A stretch of 64,000 nt of DNA from Selaginella moellendorffii (lineage: Eukaryota; Plantae; Lycopodiophyta), in the NCBI RefSeq assembly GCF_000143415.4, contig NW_003314427.1:124001-188000 (forward strand), written 5' to 3'. Positions 35,513-48,700 of this stretch are shown here, piece after piece. The number at the start of each line of letters is the position of its first letter. Position 1 is the first letter of the stretch. The translations under genes and the position numbers were made by a program. The notes under the pieces are model-generated. The model was given only the letters and a program-made list of their open reading frames with translations. It was not told the DNA's origin and made no database searches.

Positions 35513-37289
35513 ATGGAGGACGACGGGGAGGAGATCGACTACCCGGAGATTACTCGCGGCGGCGGCGGCGGCGGCGGCAGCGATCAATCGCTCCCGACGT
35601 GCGTGGTTTGCATCGAGAGCCTGGGGCGCCATGGCGGCCCAGCCTCGCTACCCTGCGGCCACAATGGATGCCTCCGGTGTCTCCAAAAGGTGAGTGAGGC
35701 TATGCTCTTCTTCTCGAGCAGTAGCTAGATGATTTTGGATTCCAGGTCCAGAGACACTCGCAATCGCCGCTTTGCCCTCTCTGCCGGACGCCATTCGATG
35801 CCGAGATGAATTTGGGGCCGAATTTGGAGCTCAAGGAAGCAATTCGCCAGGCACACGCAAGGAAGATGGATAGAAGCTCAAGTACGCCACCGAAGGAGGG
35901 GGTCTATCCGAAAATCCACCAGCAGCACCAGCAGCCAGCACCAGAGATCACTATAAGGAATCTCTTCGCTGGGTTGTATGCGATTGTCACGGGGGCAGCG
36001 AGCAAGAAGAGCAGTGATAGCAGTGATCGTCGCAGGGTAGTGGCAGAGGCAGGAGATGGTCCTCCGGAGGATTTATGGGGGAGTGTCTTGCTACCCAGCG
36101 CTCCTCCTCTTTTCTCCTCCAGCGCTGTTGACGATGTTAGAGCGACCAAAACTCTGCTCGAGGCCGAGCCTCCACAGTGGCTTCCAGACAGCTCCGCAAC
36201 GTCGTGTATGCAGTGTGATGCAAGCTTTCGGCCAGTGACTTGTGGAAGGCACCACTGCCGGTTTTGTGGAGGGATTTTCTGCCGCTACTGCTCCAGGGGC
36301 CGCTGCTTGCTGCCGATGAAGTTCCGAGAGCGAGAGCCTCAGCGGGTCTGCGATGCTTGTTACGAGAGACTGGAGCCAGTCCAGAGACTTCTGGTGGAGC
36401 GAGTGAGCAATGCCTCTCAGGTGGCGACGCACGACGTGACGGATTTTAGCTGCATGAGAAGCTGGCTCAACAGCCCCTTGGGCCTCTCGATGGAGCAGGA
36501 GATCTACAAAGCTACAAACGCTTTGCGAAGCTATGCAAAGGTATTGCTCTTCTTGGTTGCTCTTCTCCGATCTTACTTTTGGCCTTTTTATCTAGATTGG
36601 AGGCTTGAAACCTGAGAAGGCGATACCCGAAAAGGTGCTGAGAGGCGCCAAGGGAGTGGCAGTGTTAACCATCGCGAAAGCTGGCGTTGTTGTCACGTAT
36701 AAGCTTGGAACGGGACTCGTGATCGCGAGGCGTGAGGATGGGACATGGTCGGCTCCTTCTGCGATTGCTTGTGCCGGGCTTGGATGGGGAGCTCAAGTAT
36801 GTGTTCTATCATTTCTCGTTTTCTCTCTTGTGCTAACAGGACTCACTTTCCAGATGGGAGGAGAGCTAACGGACTTCATACTCGTTCTTCGCAGCCCCGA
36901 GGCTGTGAGGGCCTTCAGCGGACGAATCCATTTCGCTCTGGGAGCTGAGCTGAGCGCCGTCGCCGGTCCCGTGGGACGACTCGCGGAAGCTGATGTTCGA
37001 GCTGGCGACGGTGGCACTGCTGCTTGCTACTCCTACAGCTTAAGCAAAGGTAAGCTCTACTTTCCATTCGAGCTTCCAGGGATTTCTCTAACGAGCAAAG
37101 AATTCTTCTCCCACAGGGGCGTTTGTGGGGGTCTCGGTCGAAGGGAGCGTTGTGACGCGAAGATCCGACACGAACGCTCGTTTCTATGGCGATTCTTACG
37201 TGACAGCCGCAGACATTCTCTCGGGAGCTTATCCAGCGCCAAGAGCAGCGTACCCATTATACGAAGCTCTTCACGATCTCTTCTATTGA
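35513..37289 (+). CDS. RING (C3HC4) + FYVE + SYLF/Ysc84 domain protein (CFS1/FYVE2-like)
   Basis: Exons 35513-35689, 35746-36540, 36596-36796, 36854-37049 and 37117-37289, all GT-AG and in frame. RING CVVC…PCGHNGCLRC…CPLC; FYVE WLPD..ATSCMQC…RHHCRFCGGIFC…RVCDAC; SYLF GTGLVIARREDGTWSAPSAI…GAFVGVSVEG. Confidence 0.92.
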
Positions 37290-37465
37290 AAAGCTGTGCA
37301 TAGGTAGTGTGTAAATGGTGTTCTTTGTAGATACACGCAAGATTTGTTCTATGGGAAAATTCCTGGCAATGGGAATCGAGCCAGGGATGGGCGGGTACTT
37401 AGTCGCCAAAAGTGACCTCTTCCATCTTCATTAAAGTAAGAAAATAGCCCTAGCTCCTCCCAGCG

Positions 37466-37846
37466 ATGGCGTATGTCGATCACTCTTTCTCCATCTCCGA
37501 GGATCCCACCGGCACATTCATCATCAACAACAAGCCGCCAGTGAAGGAGATCGCGTTGTCCGTGGCGCTTCTGGCTCTGGGCGCCATTGGCATGGTGATC
37601 GGGATCTTCATGATCTACAACAAGATCGGAGGTGACTCGGGACACGGTGAGTCTAGGATATTTCGATGCGATCTTGCGAAATTTCGAGTGGATTGAGCGT
37701 GAATTGTGGTGTTCTTCCCTCCAGGCGTGGCATTTACGATCCTCGGAGCTTTGCTCTTCTTGCCGGGGTTCTACTATACCAGAATCGCTTACTACGCTTA
37801 CAAGGGCTACAAGGGTTTCTCCTTCGCGACGATCCCAGCAGTGTAG
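37466..37846 (+). CDS. TMEM230/TMEM134 (DUF872) family small two-TM protein
   Basis: Exons 37466-37646 and 37725-37846. [13 protein letters not shown]…[32 protein letters not shown]. Confidence 0.9.
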
Positions 37847-38132
37847 AGGGAAGATAGAAGGTTTCCAGAATTTTTTTCCCTTTTTTTTGTATGATACTCA
37901 CTGGTCTCGATCGATACATTGATTGTATTAATCTACACCTCGTGTTTTTTTTTCTTGTAGGTTCTCTCTCTATACTGCTCGAGTTAGAGCACTGTTTATC
38001 AAAAGACTTGGTCGATCGAAAACGAGGGGTTTTTTCTCCTTTCCTTCGCATTGTTTTGTTTGGGTTGTCTTATCTTTAAATGCAGCAGCGTGTTGACCCG
38101 ACGAGATCGTAGTTATAGATTGACAGGAAGGA

Positions 38133-39549
38133 ATGAGCAACGGATCGGTGGTACCAGTGGCCGCCAAGGCGGACGACGAAGATATCTGGGTTTGCAGGAG
38201 GTGTGGCTGGACATACCCAAATCACCATCCCAGCGCCAGGCACCGCAGGAATCACAGGAAGCATTGCGGTAAAGTCAAAGGGTTTGAAGCAGGTGAAGTG
38301 GTGAAGCAGCCTGAGCAACTAGATCACGGATCATCTGACGATGTTTCCTCGGGCGAAGAGAAGAGTGTTCATCAACGACAAGGTACCTCTTCAGCCTACC
38401 ATGGTGCTTTGCTCATCTCGTTTCTCTTCCTGTTCGGCTTTCTCTTCTTCTTTTTTTATTCACAGTTTCAGAGGCTGCTAGTGGTGTTACTGCCGCTGCT
38501 GTAGCTCCTGAGACACACCAAACTGTCGCTGAAGGCGGTGTCGAGGATAAAACGCCGAGCTCAACAGTGGGTCTAACGGGAGAATGTAAGAACCGTTTGC
38601 TGTTGGGATTTTCGTATCAATAGTTTCGTGAATGCAGTGATTCCAGCTCAAGATGAGGCTGCTTCACATCCAGAGCAAGGTATGTATGATCAGTCAGTGC
38701 GTTTATTGTGATCCCCGTTGACGATAGTTTTTCCGTTTTCTATTTCAGACGCTCCTGCTTCCAGCGACGAACCTTCAGATCTGTGGGAACAGCTGCTGGA
38801 TGCTCAGGTGGCTGGAACACCACCATCACGACTGGAAGCCGCGCATGCAAATACTGAAAACTCGTCCATTGAGGAAGCTTCTGCTTCTCATAAAGGTATG
38901 CAAAAGAAATATAGTTTCAAATGAGATTTTCATTCCTAAATGCAGATGAGTTTGGTGGAGAGGACGTTCCTTTAAACCCTTTCGTACCTCCGTCTCCCGT
39001 TGTCCATCACGAAGGTACGCTGGAAATATACTCCTTTGTCTGATTGCATTAAGCTTGTTAGTCTACAGGCATCCATGTAGCTGAAAGCGGCCAACTGGAA
39101 GAGATTCCAATCCACTCCGAAAAGAATCCTTTTCTACACCCTGATTCTCCAGTGTCAGGTACGTCAATCTCTTCCATTGCATTTTTCTAATCGCATTTTT
39201 TCTGGTCACAGGGACACAACGTGTTGACAAAGAAAAGGCCGAAGCCTCGTCGTCCACATCCTGGGATAGCATCAAGCCACATGTCGCCTTGAAATCACTC
39301 TTTGACGAGGACCGGACAAGGCAAGCTGATCGATACTACTTGGAGGAGGGCCAAGCTCCGGTGCCGGATGTGCCACCACCCAAGCGTACCAACAGCAACG
39401 TCCTGATGAAAGCCATTGAGAATGTCAGAAACCCCTCGCCAAAGTTTAGTGGCGGCGGTGGTAGCGGTGGTAGCGGTGGTGGCAACCAGCATAAGCAGCA
39501 GCGATCATGGTGGAGCAACTACATTTGTTGCACGCCGAGAATCAGCTAG
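38133..39549 (+). CDS. Multi-exon, largely disordered protein with an N-terminal C2H2/C2HC-type Zn finger and a C-terminal WW..ICC motif
   Basis: WVCRRCGWTYPNHHPSARHRRNHRKHCGK, then ~7 short GT-AG introns between 38383 and 39211. The last exon ends SWWSNYICCTPRIS*. Confidence 0.78.
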
Positions 39550-39812
39550 CAATTTTTGGACACACAGGGAATTTATGCCAGACTATCAAAAATAGGAGTA
39601 AGATTGTTTTGTGTCACTGCTTAGGAACTATCTTGGTAACATGAATTTCATGTAAACAAGGAGTTTAAGCCAAAAAGTCAATGAAAGCCAAATAATACGA
39701 TATTGTCTTTGTGGTAAGGACAATACTAATAATGGAATCTACATTTCCGATGACAATAATTTACTCTTCTTCATCTTCAAATAACTAAGGTTTCTAAAGG
39801 CAAGTAATAAGT

Positions 39813-40717
39813 ATGGATTGGGTGATTAAGTTTGCTGTTCTTTGCTCATTTCTAGCTCTTTCTGCAGAATCATACACAATAAACACCCTTTCCACAGATG
39901 ATATTCGCATCAACCCAGAAGCCATGCACGATGCTATCAAGCTCTTCTCTGGCGAGGAGTATTACCCAGTTGGATCCGCTTTCATCGATTTCGTGACCGT
40001 CACGAACAACGTTGTGGTCAACTTTATCTTCTTTGTGTATGAAGGAGGCCAGGTCCCAGATTACTGCCGAGTAGGAGCCGATGGACAGCATTACATTCGT
40101 GGAAGAGTTCTCCAGGCCACCCTTCGGAATATTCTCTACTATTGCACAAACCAGATGCTCCTCTATGGAGCTAGCAAGATGTTATCAGTGTGGGGATAGA
40201 CTATGTGATTGCGCACATTGAGCAAGGTCCCACTCTTGATTTTTACTATGATTATTCCAATACTTCAGTTGAAACAATGGAGGACTCTTCTAGAACATCA
40301 GTGCATGGTTTACCACGTAGAAGTTGCGTGACTCGATTCACAACGCTGGACAGTGGCTTCTACAATTTGCTTCCAAAGGGCTATCGCTTGACCACATCAA
40401 ATAATTACTATAGTTTGGAGGTGGAGGACGATTGTAGTGTGGCAGTCAAAGCTGGTGGCAAAGAGATCTGGAGGAATGGCTATCCGCGGCTCAGAGATGT
40501 GAATTGTGGCCTCAGAATCCAAACGGATGGAAACATGGTTATGTTTGAGCGATCGAGTAAAAGAGTGATCTGGGCTGTGAACAAGCTCTGTCAAGGTCTT
40601 TGCTATACTTTCCTTACCATCCAGGACGATGGAAATGCTGTGCTCTACCATGTATATAAACATAGCACCGAGATGACACTTGTGTGGGATTCGAAAACAT
40701 ATCATAAGTACAAATAA
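39813..40717 (+). pseudogene. Secreted protein with a C-terminal bulb-type (GNA/B-) lectin domain; single frameshift at ~40192-40199
   Basis: Signal-peptide-like MDWVIKFAVLCSFLALSAES. Mannose-binding-type motifs QTDGNMVMF and QDDGNAVLY. The two ORFs overlap at a GGGG run. Confidence 0.75.
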
Positions 40718-40789
40718 TATAAGAAAAGAATGGTCATCTTGTCTCAATACTTTTCTCGCCCAACCCCTCACCGCGAGCGTTTGCTTGTG

Positions 40790-40901
40790 CTATAGGTCTG
40801 GCTGTTCGTATGATTCCTGGCAGGCCACGATGGGATTCTTCCAGAGGATGCAGCAAGAAGGTATGGCACCGAGCCGAGTAACTCTTCTCACCGTCGGGTG
40901 A
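40790..40901 (+). pseudogene. PPR-repeat remnant
   Basis: ATMGFFQRMQQEGMAPSRVTLLTV resembles the second helix and linker of a PPR motif. Confidence 0.4.
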
Positions 40902-42748
40902 GAAATCAGTCAGCATGGGAGCGTCCAATCGAGAGCATGAACAAATCAGTCAGCGCCCAAGTGCGAACACGAAGAAATCAGTTAGTGTGGAGAAGACGAC
41001 CAAATCAGTGGAGTGCCAACTTGGAACACTGTTGGCATGGACTGGCAGGTAGGGATGTGTGCTGTGTTCAGCTTAGCAGCTGAGTTAACGGGCAAGCCAC
41101 AGCCCGTTAATGCTCCACCTTTGGAACGCCAGCTCCTCTTCAGGTGAAACCGCTGCCGGGGAAAGGCGATTTAGGGTTCTCCTGGTCCAAAGACGATGGA
41201 AGACGATGGGCTGGATGATCTCTTTAAGAATCGACGTATAGGGGTGGCCACCATTTCCAGAATCCGAGATCTAGATCTGAAAGCACAGGATTTGCTGCTT
41301 CTGTCACCTCAGTTTTTGGCAGAGCTGTGCCAAACTGTGGGAGCATCTGATGACGAGAGGTTCAAGATTTTTGCTGCCGTGAGTGCAGCACAACAATCCG
41401 CAGTGACGGGAATCTACGGATTTGGTAAGCAATCAAGCCCGTTGTTGCCTGGCTGATGTATTTTGTTTCCGGTTCGCAATCGGAAAGTTTGAACGCGCGT
41501 TTATACATTTCTGAAAGAACAGATCTGTTGGAAAAGCTTGAGAGTCTTGTTCGCAAAGAACGACCAGTCATCGTGCGAGCCCCTCCTCAAAGTGGTAAAA
41601 CGTCTCTTCAAAAGACAGAACCGAATCGAAATTCAGCGACGTGTTCTGCATCAGCCTTGCAGGCATCAGTGGCCACAGTTTCGAGTATATGTGGCATCAG
41701 CACTATCCTCGTGAGTACTCAAGAAAGACTGTTTATTTTATTCTCTGTGACATGTCTTTCATATCTTGCAGATGTTCCAATCGAGAGGCTCAACAGCAGC
41801 GAGCCTACACTTATACTTGTTGACGAAGGGCAGAGTGGGTTTCATGCTCCTGATATAACTCTATGGGCCAAGATTAAATCAGCGCAAGCCGGTGGTATGC
41901 TGCATATTGTGCTCGTCTCCAGCGTTGCGAGTGACAAGGATGATACTGACGTACCTCCAACACCAATTATATTTCAACCAAGTTGCGCTGTGACTCGCAT
42001 GTAACGGTGAAGCTTAGAATTATTCGCATGTAACTTGCGTGATTATCCTGAATGCAGGCTGCAACATGATTGTGAATCTTCGGGTCTTTCTCTCCAGTTT
42101 TCAAATGCTGAATGCATGGAGTTATGGCAGAACTGGTGCAAATTCTGTGGATTTGTACCCAGCAACAACGATATCCTCTACTACATGATGATGGAGGTTG
42201 GAGATAGACAACCAGGGCTCATGACACACATGCTTGACTGGCTTGTGAGGGGAATGTTCAATGACAAAAATCGGGCAGATTGTGAGGAGTTTGCTAAGAA
42301 GGAATTGCTTTCTGATGGAATCGCTATCTGAGATTCGAAGTATCTGCACGTAAGTAAAACTAGACGCCTGATTTGATGTGATTTGGTTTGTGTTCAGGTT
42401 TCGTCATAGGTACTGGCAACCAGAGTTATGCGGGTATCCTCTCCAAATTATTAAGATCTAGTTCAGTAAGTGTCAATTTTCATGTTTCCAATTTAACTTT
42501 TCACTGCAGGCTCTGGGTTTTGTGAAGAAAACAGAGCTGTCATCGGAAGACCTTAGTGCTGCAAATATGCTGTTGAGAAGGGGTCAATTGGTGAGGACCA
42601 AAGCCCATGAACTTTATGTTCCCTTTGCCTTTGCATTGTCACTATTTTGCATCTTTATGTGCCACTGCAACATTAATGCTGCCAAAGCTTCAAACAATGT
42701 GCATTGAGAGCTTTCTGGTCCATGTGATTCAAAGGATGAGTGCAGGAT

Positions 42749-45700
42749 TATTATGATCCGACGCAAAAAGACAAAGATTTAGCCACCCTAAACTATACTA
42801 TGCCACCTTTTACAGTTCTTCACCACTCAACTACCCCTAAGCTACTTCAAAAGCTCCATTGTGCCGCTGCTCCACTATGAACCTTAAGGTAGGTTAAATC
42901 CTTTACTAAGCTTAACATGCCTTAATATACCCTTAAGCCTCCTTTTGACTAATGTTGACCATGTGGTCAAAGTTGGCGTCTAACAATTCTTTCCCCCTCC
43001 CCCCCCAACAAAGTCTTTGTCCCAAGGATGAGTTGTACTAGTGATCATTTTTTTTGGGGAACCTTGCTCAAGCTCCTGGTCCATCTTCCACAGCTGTATG
43101 TATTAAGGAGGCATTGGGCTCGTCACTCCAAGATAGTACACCTTTCAACTAGCTGACATAAAATACTGGATGAATTTTCACCTCAGCTGGTAGCCGCACC
43201 CGATAAGCCACTTTACCAATGCACTCCAGCACTTCATATGGATTAGCATATCAATGGGAAAGTTTATCACTCTTCCCTGTCCGTAAAGGCACCAAAGTGT
43301 TCTGCCGCTCACTTGATGGAAAGATCACTCCCACAAAGACGAGATCACCCACTTTATATTCCTGGAATTGGTGATGCTCATTAGCAAACTTCTCCATTCT
43401 ATCCTGAGCTGCTTGCAAATTCTGTTTGCACACCACCAAAATCTCATCAAGTTCTGTGGCAAGATCAGTCACCTTGGAATCAAGTTTATCTTGAACCTCC
43501 TTACTCAAATGCAATCCCAACTCCACCGCTGTTTGGGGATGCCTTCCAAACATGGCAAAGTAAGGACTTAGCTTGGTTCCACTGTGTTAGCTATTATTAT
43601 AAGAAAATTGCACTAACGGAAGATATAAATCCCATTGTGACAAATGCTATAACGTAGCATATCCTCCACCATCTGATTCACACGCTTGGTTTGCCCATCC
43701 ATCTGAGGATGATCTCCACTCGAGAGTTTCAAAGTCACTCGCATAGCCTTTGCAAAGCTCTTTCAAAATCCACTGGTGAACTTTGAATCTCGATCACTAA
43801 TGATATCTTTCTAATGAAAAACCTTCTCCAAGTAAACTATAACCAAGTTTGAGGCAGTGACAGTTTTCTGAAGAGCCAACAACCACACATACTTTGTCAA
43901 TCGATCCACTATAACCCATACTTGCTCCTATTGCCTTTGTGTTCGTGGTACACTTGAGTAATTAACGCATCCACCCGTGGCAAATATACACGGCTATTGT
44001 AGTAGAGAATCCCATCCACCAATGAAAAAAGGGCTGCCATTTGGTCTTGCAAAGAGGCCACCTCAACTGTAAGCGACTAAATTTTCCATTCTACTTTAGT
44101 CACTTAACCACACCTTTGACCACTTGGAGGAGTCTCATTCACAACCTCCATAAGTCCAATTCAGGACTTGGGGCTTGCTAGCCCCAGGAATGACATCCAT
44201 GCCACTCAACACTGGCACCTGGTCCAAGTGCTCTACGTGTCCGATCCCATGACCGACACTCAAAGGTACCACCGATATGGCAGCCCGTTACGCTAAGGCC
44301 ATGCCCAATCACCTTTGCCACACTGTAGTCCAATACCACTTGCATCACAGTCTTGGCTCTCCAAGACTGGGCCAACCATCCGTGAGTGGTCATCTCAGAT
44401 CCACTCCTTAGCATCCTTAGGATGCCCACCGACACGGGGAACAGCCTTCCCCAATGTCCCTCTGTCAGTCCCCCCTAAGTCCCTTTCTGCCCCTGGCCGT
44501 GTTTGCCAACACTGCCACTGGATCGAGGCCCACAGGCCCGACCACTAAGTCCCACGGTCCTCTAGAACTTCCTCACCACACGACTGTGTCCTTGGTCACT
44601 ACCCCAGAGGACTACTCCTCTTCCTTTCCACAGTCTGGGCCTTTGGGACAACATTTCGGAACACCGTGGCTTTACGCGAGCCACCTGGGTACTCTCCCCG
44701 CCTTCTGCCCTTGGGTGCTCTAGCCATGGGCTTAGAGCGAGGTTCCATTGAGCCACGCCTGGTATCCAAGTAGGTAGTGCCACCCACACTTGGACTGGGA
44801 GCATCGGCCAGTCGATCTCCCGGGGGAACTAGAGCCGGCTCTTGAACACTTCACCAAGCTACCCTGCTTGTCGGTCCGTGTTCACTCTAGTCTTGGACTT
44901 CCCAGTGGGCAGCTCATCACCCAACACTGGGTCCGGCCTTCCTGGGCCAAACTGGCCTTTCCTGGCCAAACTGGCTCCACTGCAGTCCTCCCCCCTACTA
45001 TACTTTTGGAGCTCACCAAACCCCCCAGGGTCTGGGAGACGAACGCTTTGGGCTTTCACCCTCTTAGGCTCCAGACTCGGACTCGGACTCGAACTCGGAC
45101 TCGGACTCGGACTCGGACTCGGATTCGGACTCGGACTCGGGCTCGGGCTCGGTCTTGGCCTCGGCCTCGGTCTCGGTCTCGGTCCCGATCTTGGTCTCGG
45201 TCTCAGTCTCGGTCCCGGTCTCGGTTCCGGTCTCGGTCTCGACTTCGGACTCCATCTCGGACTCCATCTCGGACTCCATCTCGGACTCCATCTCGGGTCC
45301 ATCTTGGGTCCATCTCGGACTCCATCTCGGACTCCATCTCGGGTCCATCTCGGACTCCATCTCGGACTCCATTTCGGGTCCATCTCGAGTCCACCTCGAA
45401 CTCCATCTTGGACTCCATCTCGGACTCCATCTCGGGTCCATCTCGGACTCCATCTCGGACTCCATTTCGGGTCCATCTCGAGTCCACCTCGAACTCCATC
45501 TCGGACTCCATCTCGGACTCCATCTCGGGTCCATCTCGGACTCCACTTTGGACTCCAACTCGGGTCCATCTCGGGTCCACCTCGGACTTCATCTCGGACT
45601 CCATCTCGGACTCCATCTCGGGTCCATCTCGGACTCCATCTCGGACTCCATCTCGAGTCCATCTCGGACACTCCCACGTGTCATGTGTTGGTCCTTTTGG

Positions 45701-48700
45701 GTCCCTTTTTGGAGCCTTGCCTTTTGCTCGCTTCGTGCTCGTTCCTCGAGCACTTCGTTGGGAGTTCCACTCCCGCTCTTGACTTTTCAAGTCGGAGCTT
45801 TTGGTCCAAACGTGTTACGCTCGTTTGGCTCTCGCTTCGGCCACTACCATGTGGCGCCCTTCCGGCTCCACTTTGGGGCCTAGGGATTTTGTGTCTCACA
45901 ACTCCACCACCCATAGATGAAGTTCGATGTCCTCATCGAACGGTAAACCCTTTCATAAAGTAACACCCACATGTGTTACCATTTCCATCTTTGGCACCTA
46001 GCCAATCTTTGTCTATGGTTTGACATCAAAGGCTCACCATGCCTTGTCCCTCTTGTGCAACTCCACTTCCCATCCTAGGAAGTTCTCTACTCGAGGGCAC
46101 CATCATCCTCTCTTCTATTTCGTGCCAAAGTTCCAGTTATCATGCTTTGTGCTAGGGCTGTTCATGGCCGTATCATTTGGCTACCTTACCGCTCCCTCCC
46201 TTGGAGCTTCCACTTTTGCCAACTCGGAGCATTTCGGAATCCCTCCTTGGAAACACACTTCCTTTCCCGCAACTTGTTAGCGTCCAACACATTAGTGTTC
46301 CTCCCCTAACTTTGTCATTTGGATTCCTTCCAAGGGATTCCACAGCCCTATCTTGGCCACTCATCTTTTGCTCCTATCCGTTGATTGTTGCACCAAGCAA
46401 CATCAAATCTCTACCTCCCTCCTTGAGGTATTGTTTCGGTTCCATAGCAAAGACTCTTCTTTGCCAAGTTTGGAGGATGTTCACCCCTAGTACGTCTCTT
46501 TAGCATCTTCTGCTATGGGCTCTATCCACGGCCCAACTTCGTGACCCTCCCATGGGTCTTTTATAGAGACTACTTTCCTCGGACTCACTATGCCATCTCA
46601 CGGACATAGTTTATTTCCCTTAGGTGCTCTTCCCACTTAGTCATCACGACCAAGCCACACCACCTTAAACAGTTCAATTTCAACATTTTGAACCAGGAAC
46701 TTCATTCCTTAGCCAACCAAGGACCTTGTCCTTATCTGGCCATAAGATCACCTAGTGATCTCACCTTGGCATCTTAACAGAGTTGTCAAGAGGTACTTGG
46801 TCTTCTAGACCTCCAAGTTGTTGACTATAACCCCGGGGGCATCCCCCACACTTGGCGGTGCACCCAAGCCAGCCCTTACGGCCAAGGGTTCATAGCAACT
46901 GAGATTAGGTGTCCCCATCTCACTCACCACGACCTTGGTGCCACTTGCACCAAAGCGTTCAAGTTAGATATGCTGAGCTTTCACACTAAACAATATAACC
47001 GTGCATCATGACTCCGAGGCATCCCTCGCTTGGCGGTGTGCCCAAACCAGTCTCCCCACTGAGAGTCCATGACCACCGAAATATGAGTGTCCTCATATTC
47101 CAAACCATCACCACGCCCTAGTGATTTGGGACTCGAACCCAAGCACTAGAGGGTCGGGACTCGAACTCAACCTCCGTATATGCATCTACGGACGGCATCA
47201 CACAAGATGCCTGGCATGACTCCCCACGCCGGTGCACCAACTTATTTTTAAAGCGCGCTACAGATCACAGCTTAGGAACCTAGTTCCTCCACACTGCCAA
47301 GTCCTCTCACTTGACATGTCTGTGATCATGCATGGACTCCTCCATGCTCAGCCCCATGGCCCACCCTTTTTGAAGTTATCACCTTCAACTAGGGTATTTG
47401 TTCCCCCGACGTGCCAATCTCGCTTGGCAAGTCCTCCGACCACTATAACATGGTTCCTGCATAAGCGTGAAAGTCCTTGACTATCGACTTTCGTTCAAAG
47501 CCCTCTCTTTGAACACTCGGGAACTACTTCCCTAACCTTGATAGCCTTGCCTCATAGCAAGCTTCAAGACCACGCTTCTGCTGCGCCACTCTGATTTCGC
47601 GCGTTCCATGAACCATTTACACTTGGCCTTTCTAGGTACTAAGCTACCTAGAATCGTCTTTGGGAACCTTGAAGGAACTCTGTCCCTCAGCTTGCTAAGG
47701 CCTCCCTTTTTGCAAGCCTTCCAAATGCCACATAGTCTAACATGGACAATTCCATATTTTAGACTCTCCATGGCATCACGGTTGCTAGCGGCAACACCCT
47801 CGAGCCCCCACTTGATTCTCCACTCCCAGCTGGCATAACCAACCTTGGTTATGCCCTTTGATTTCTATGGTTCAGTTCCATCCCAATACTACTTGCCTTT
47901 TAGCCCCATATGTTTCCTTTGGTTATTCTCCTCCAGACCAGGAGGATAGCTTTGCACTTTCTATCATGCCTTAGCAAGTATTCTTAAGGATGAACCTACC
48001 CAATAGCCCAGGGAGTGGTTCCTCAATCCAGGTATGCTCACTTTATAATCCCACACACTGGGATTACATTGTTGCTTATGGGCCTTTACATGCCCATCAC
48101 TAACCTTGCCAAAATTCCATTTTTGGCTTTGTCCAACTCGGGTAGACAGTCCTCTCCTGTCTCCGCAACCTTGGATAGCACCTTCTATCCATCATTCGCT
48201 AGGGACTTAATCCCTTGGGCTTTATCCATTGCCCTCGCGACATCAAACACCACCTTCTGGTGTTCTAGAGTGTCCGGGTGTCCCAATGATGGCTTTCTTG
48301 ACAATGAGTATTTCCTTTTACGACATTGACTTACTATATCGCAACACAAGCAACTTATCCCCCGTAAGGGTATATCCAACTTCCCTATGCTATTAAGAAG
48401 TTTTGGGTAGCTACCTTCTACCCGTTTAACCAGTTATATTGCACCTCTTGCTTAGTTGCCTCATAGTTGTCAAGTCCTACAACTCATTGTTTGGTGCTTT
48501 CACACCTCCATCATTATCTAGGTCACCACACTCCAACTGCATGCTCTGCAGCTTAGGCTATGCTATTCCCATTTCCATTGGGATTCCTTTGACAAGGGGT
48601 TCTCATGAACCCACCAACATAGCCTCAAGGTATCACACCTTGGCACATTTGGTGTCTCCACACCATCGGCTCCACGAGCCTACCTCTATGACATTTCCCC

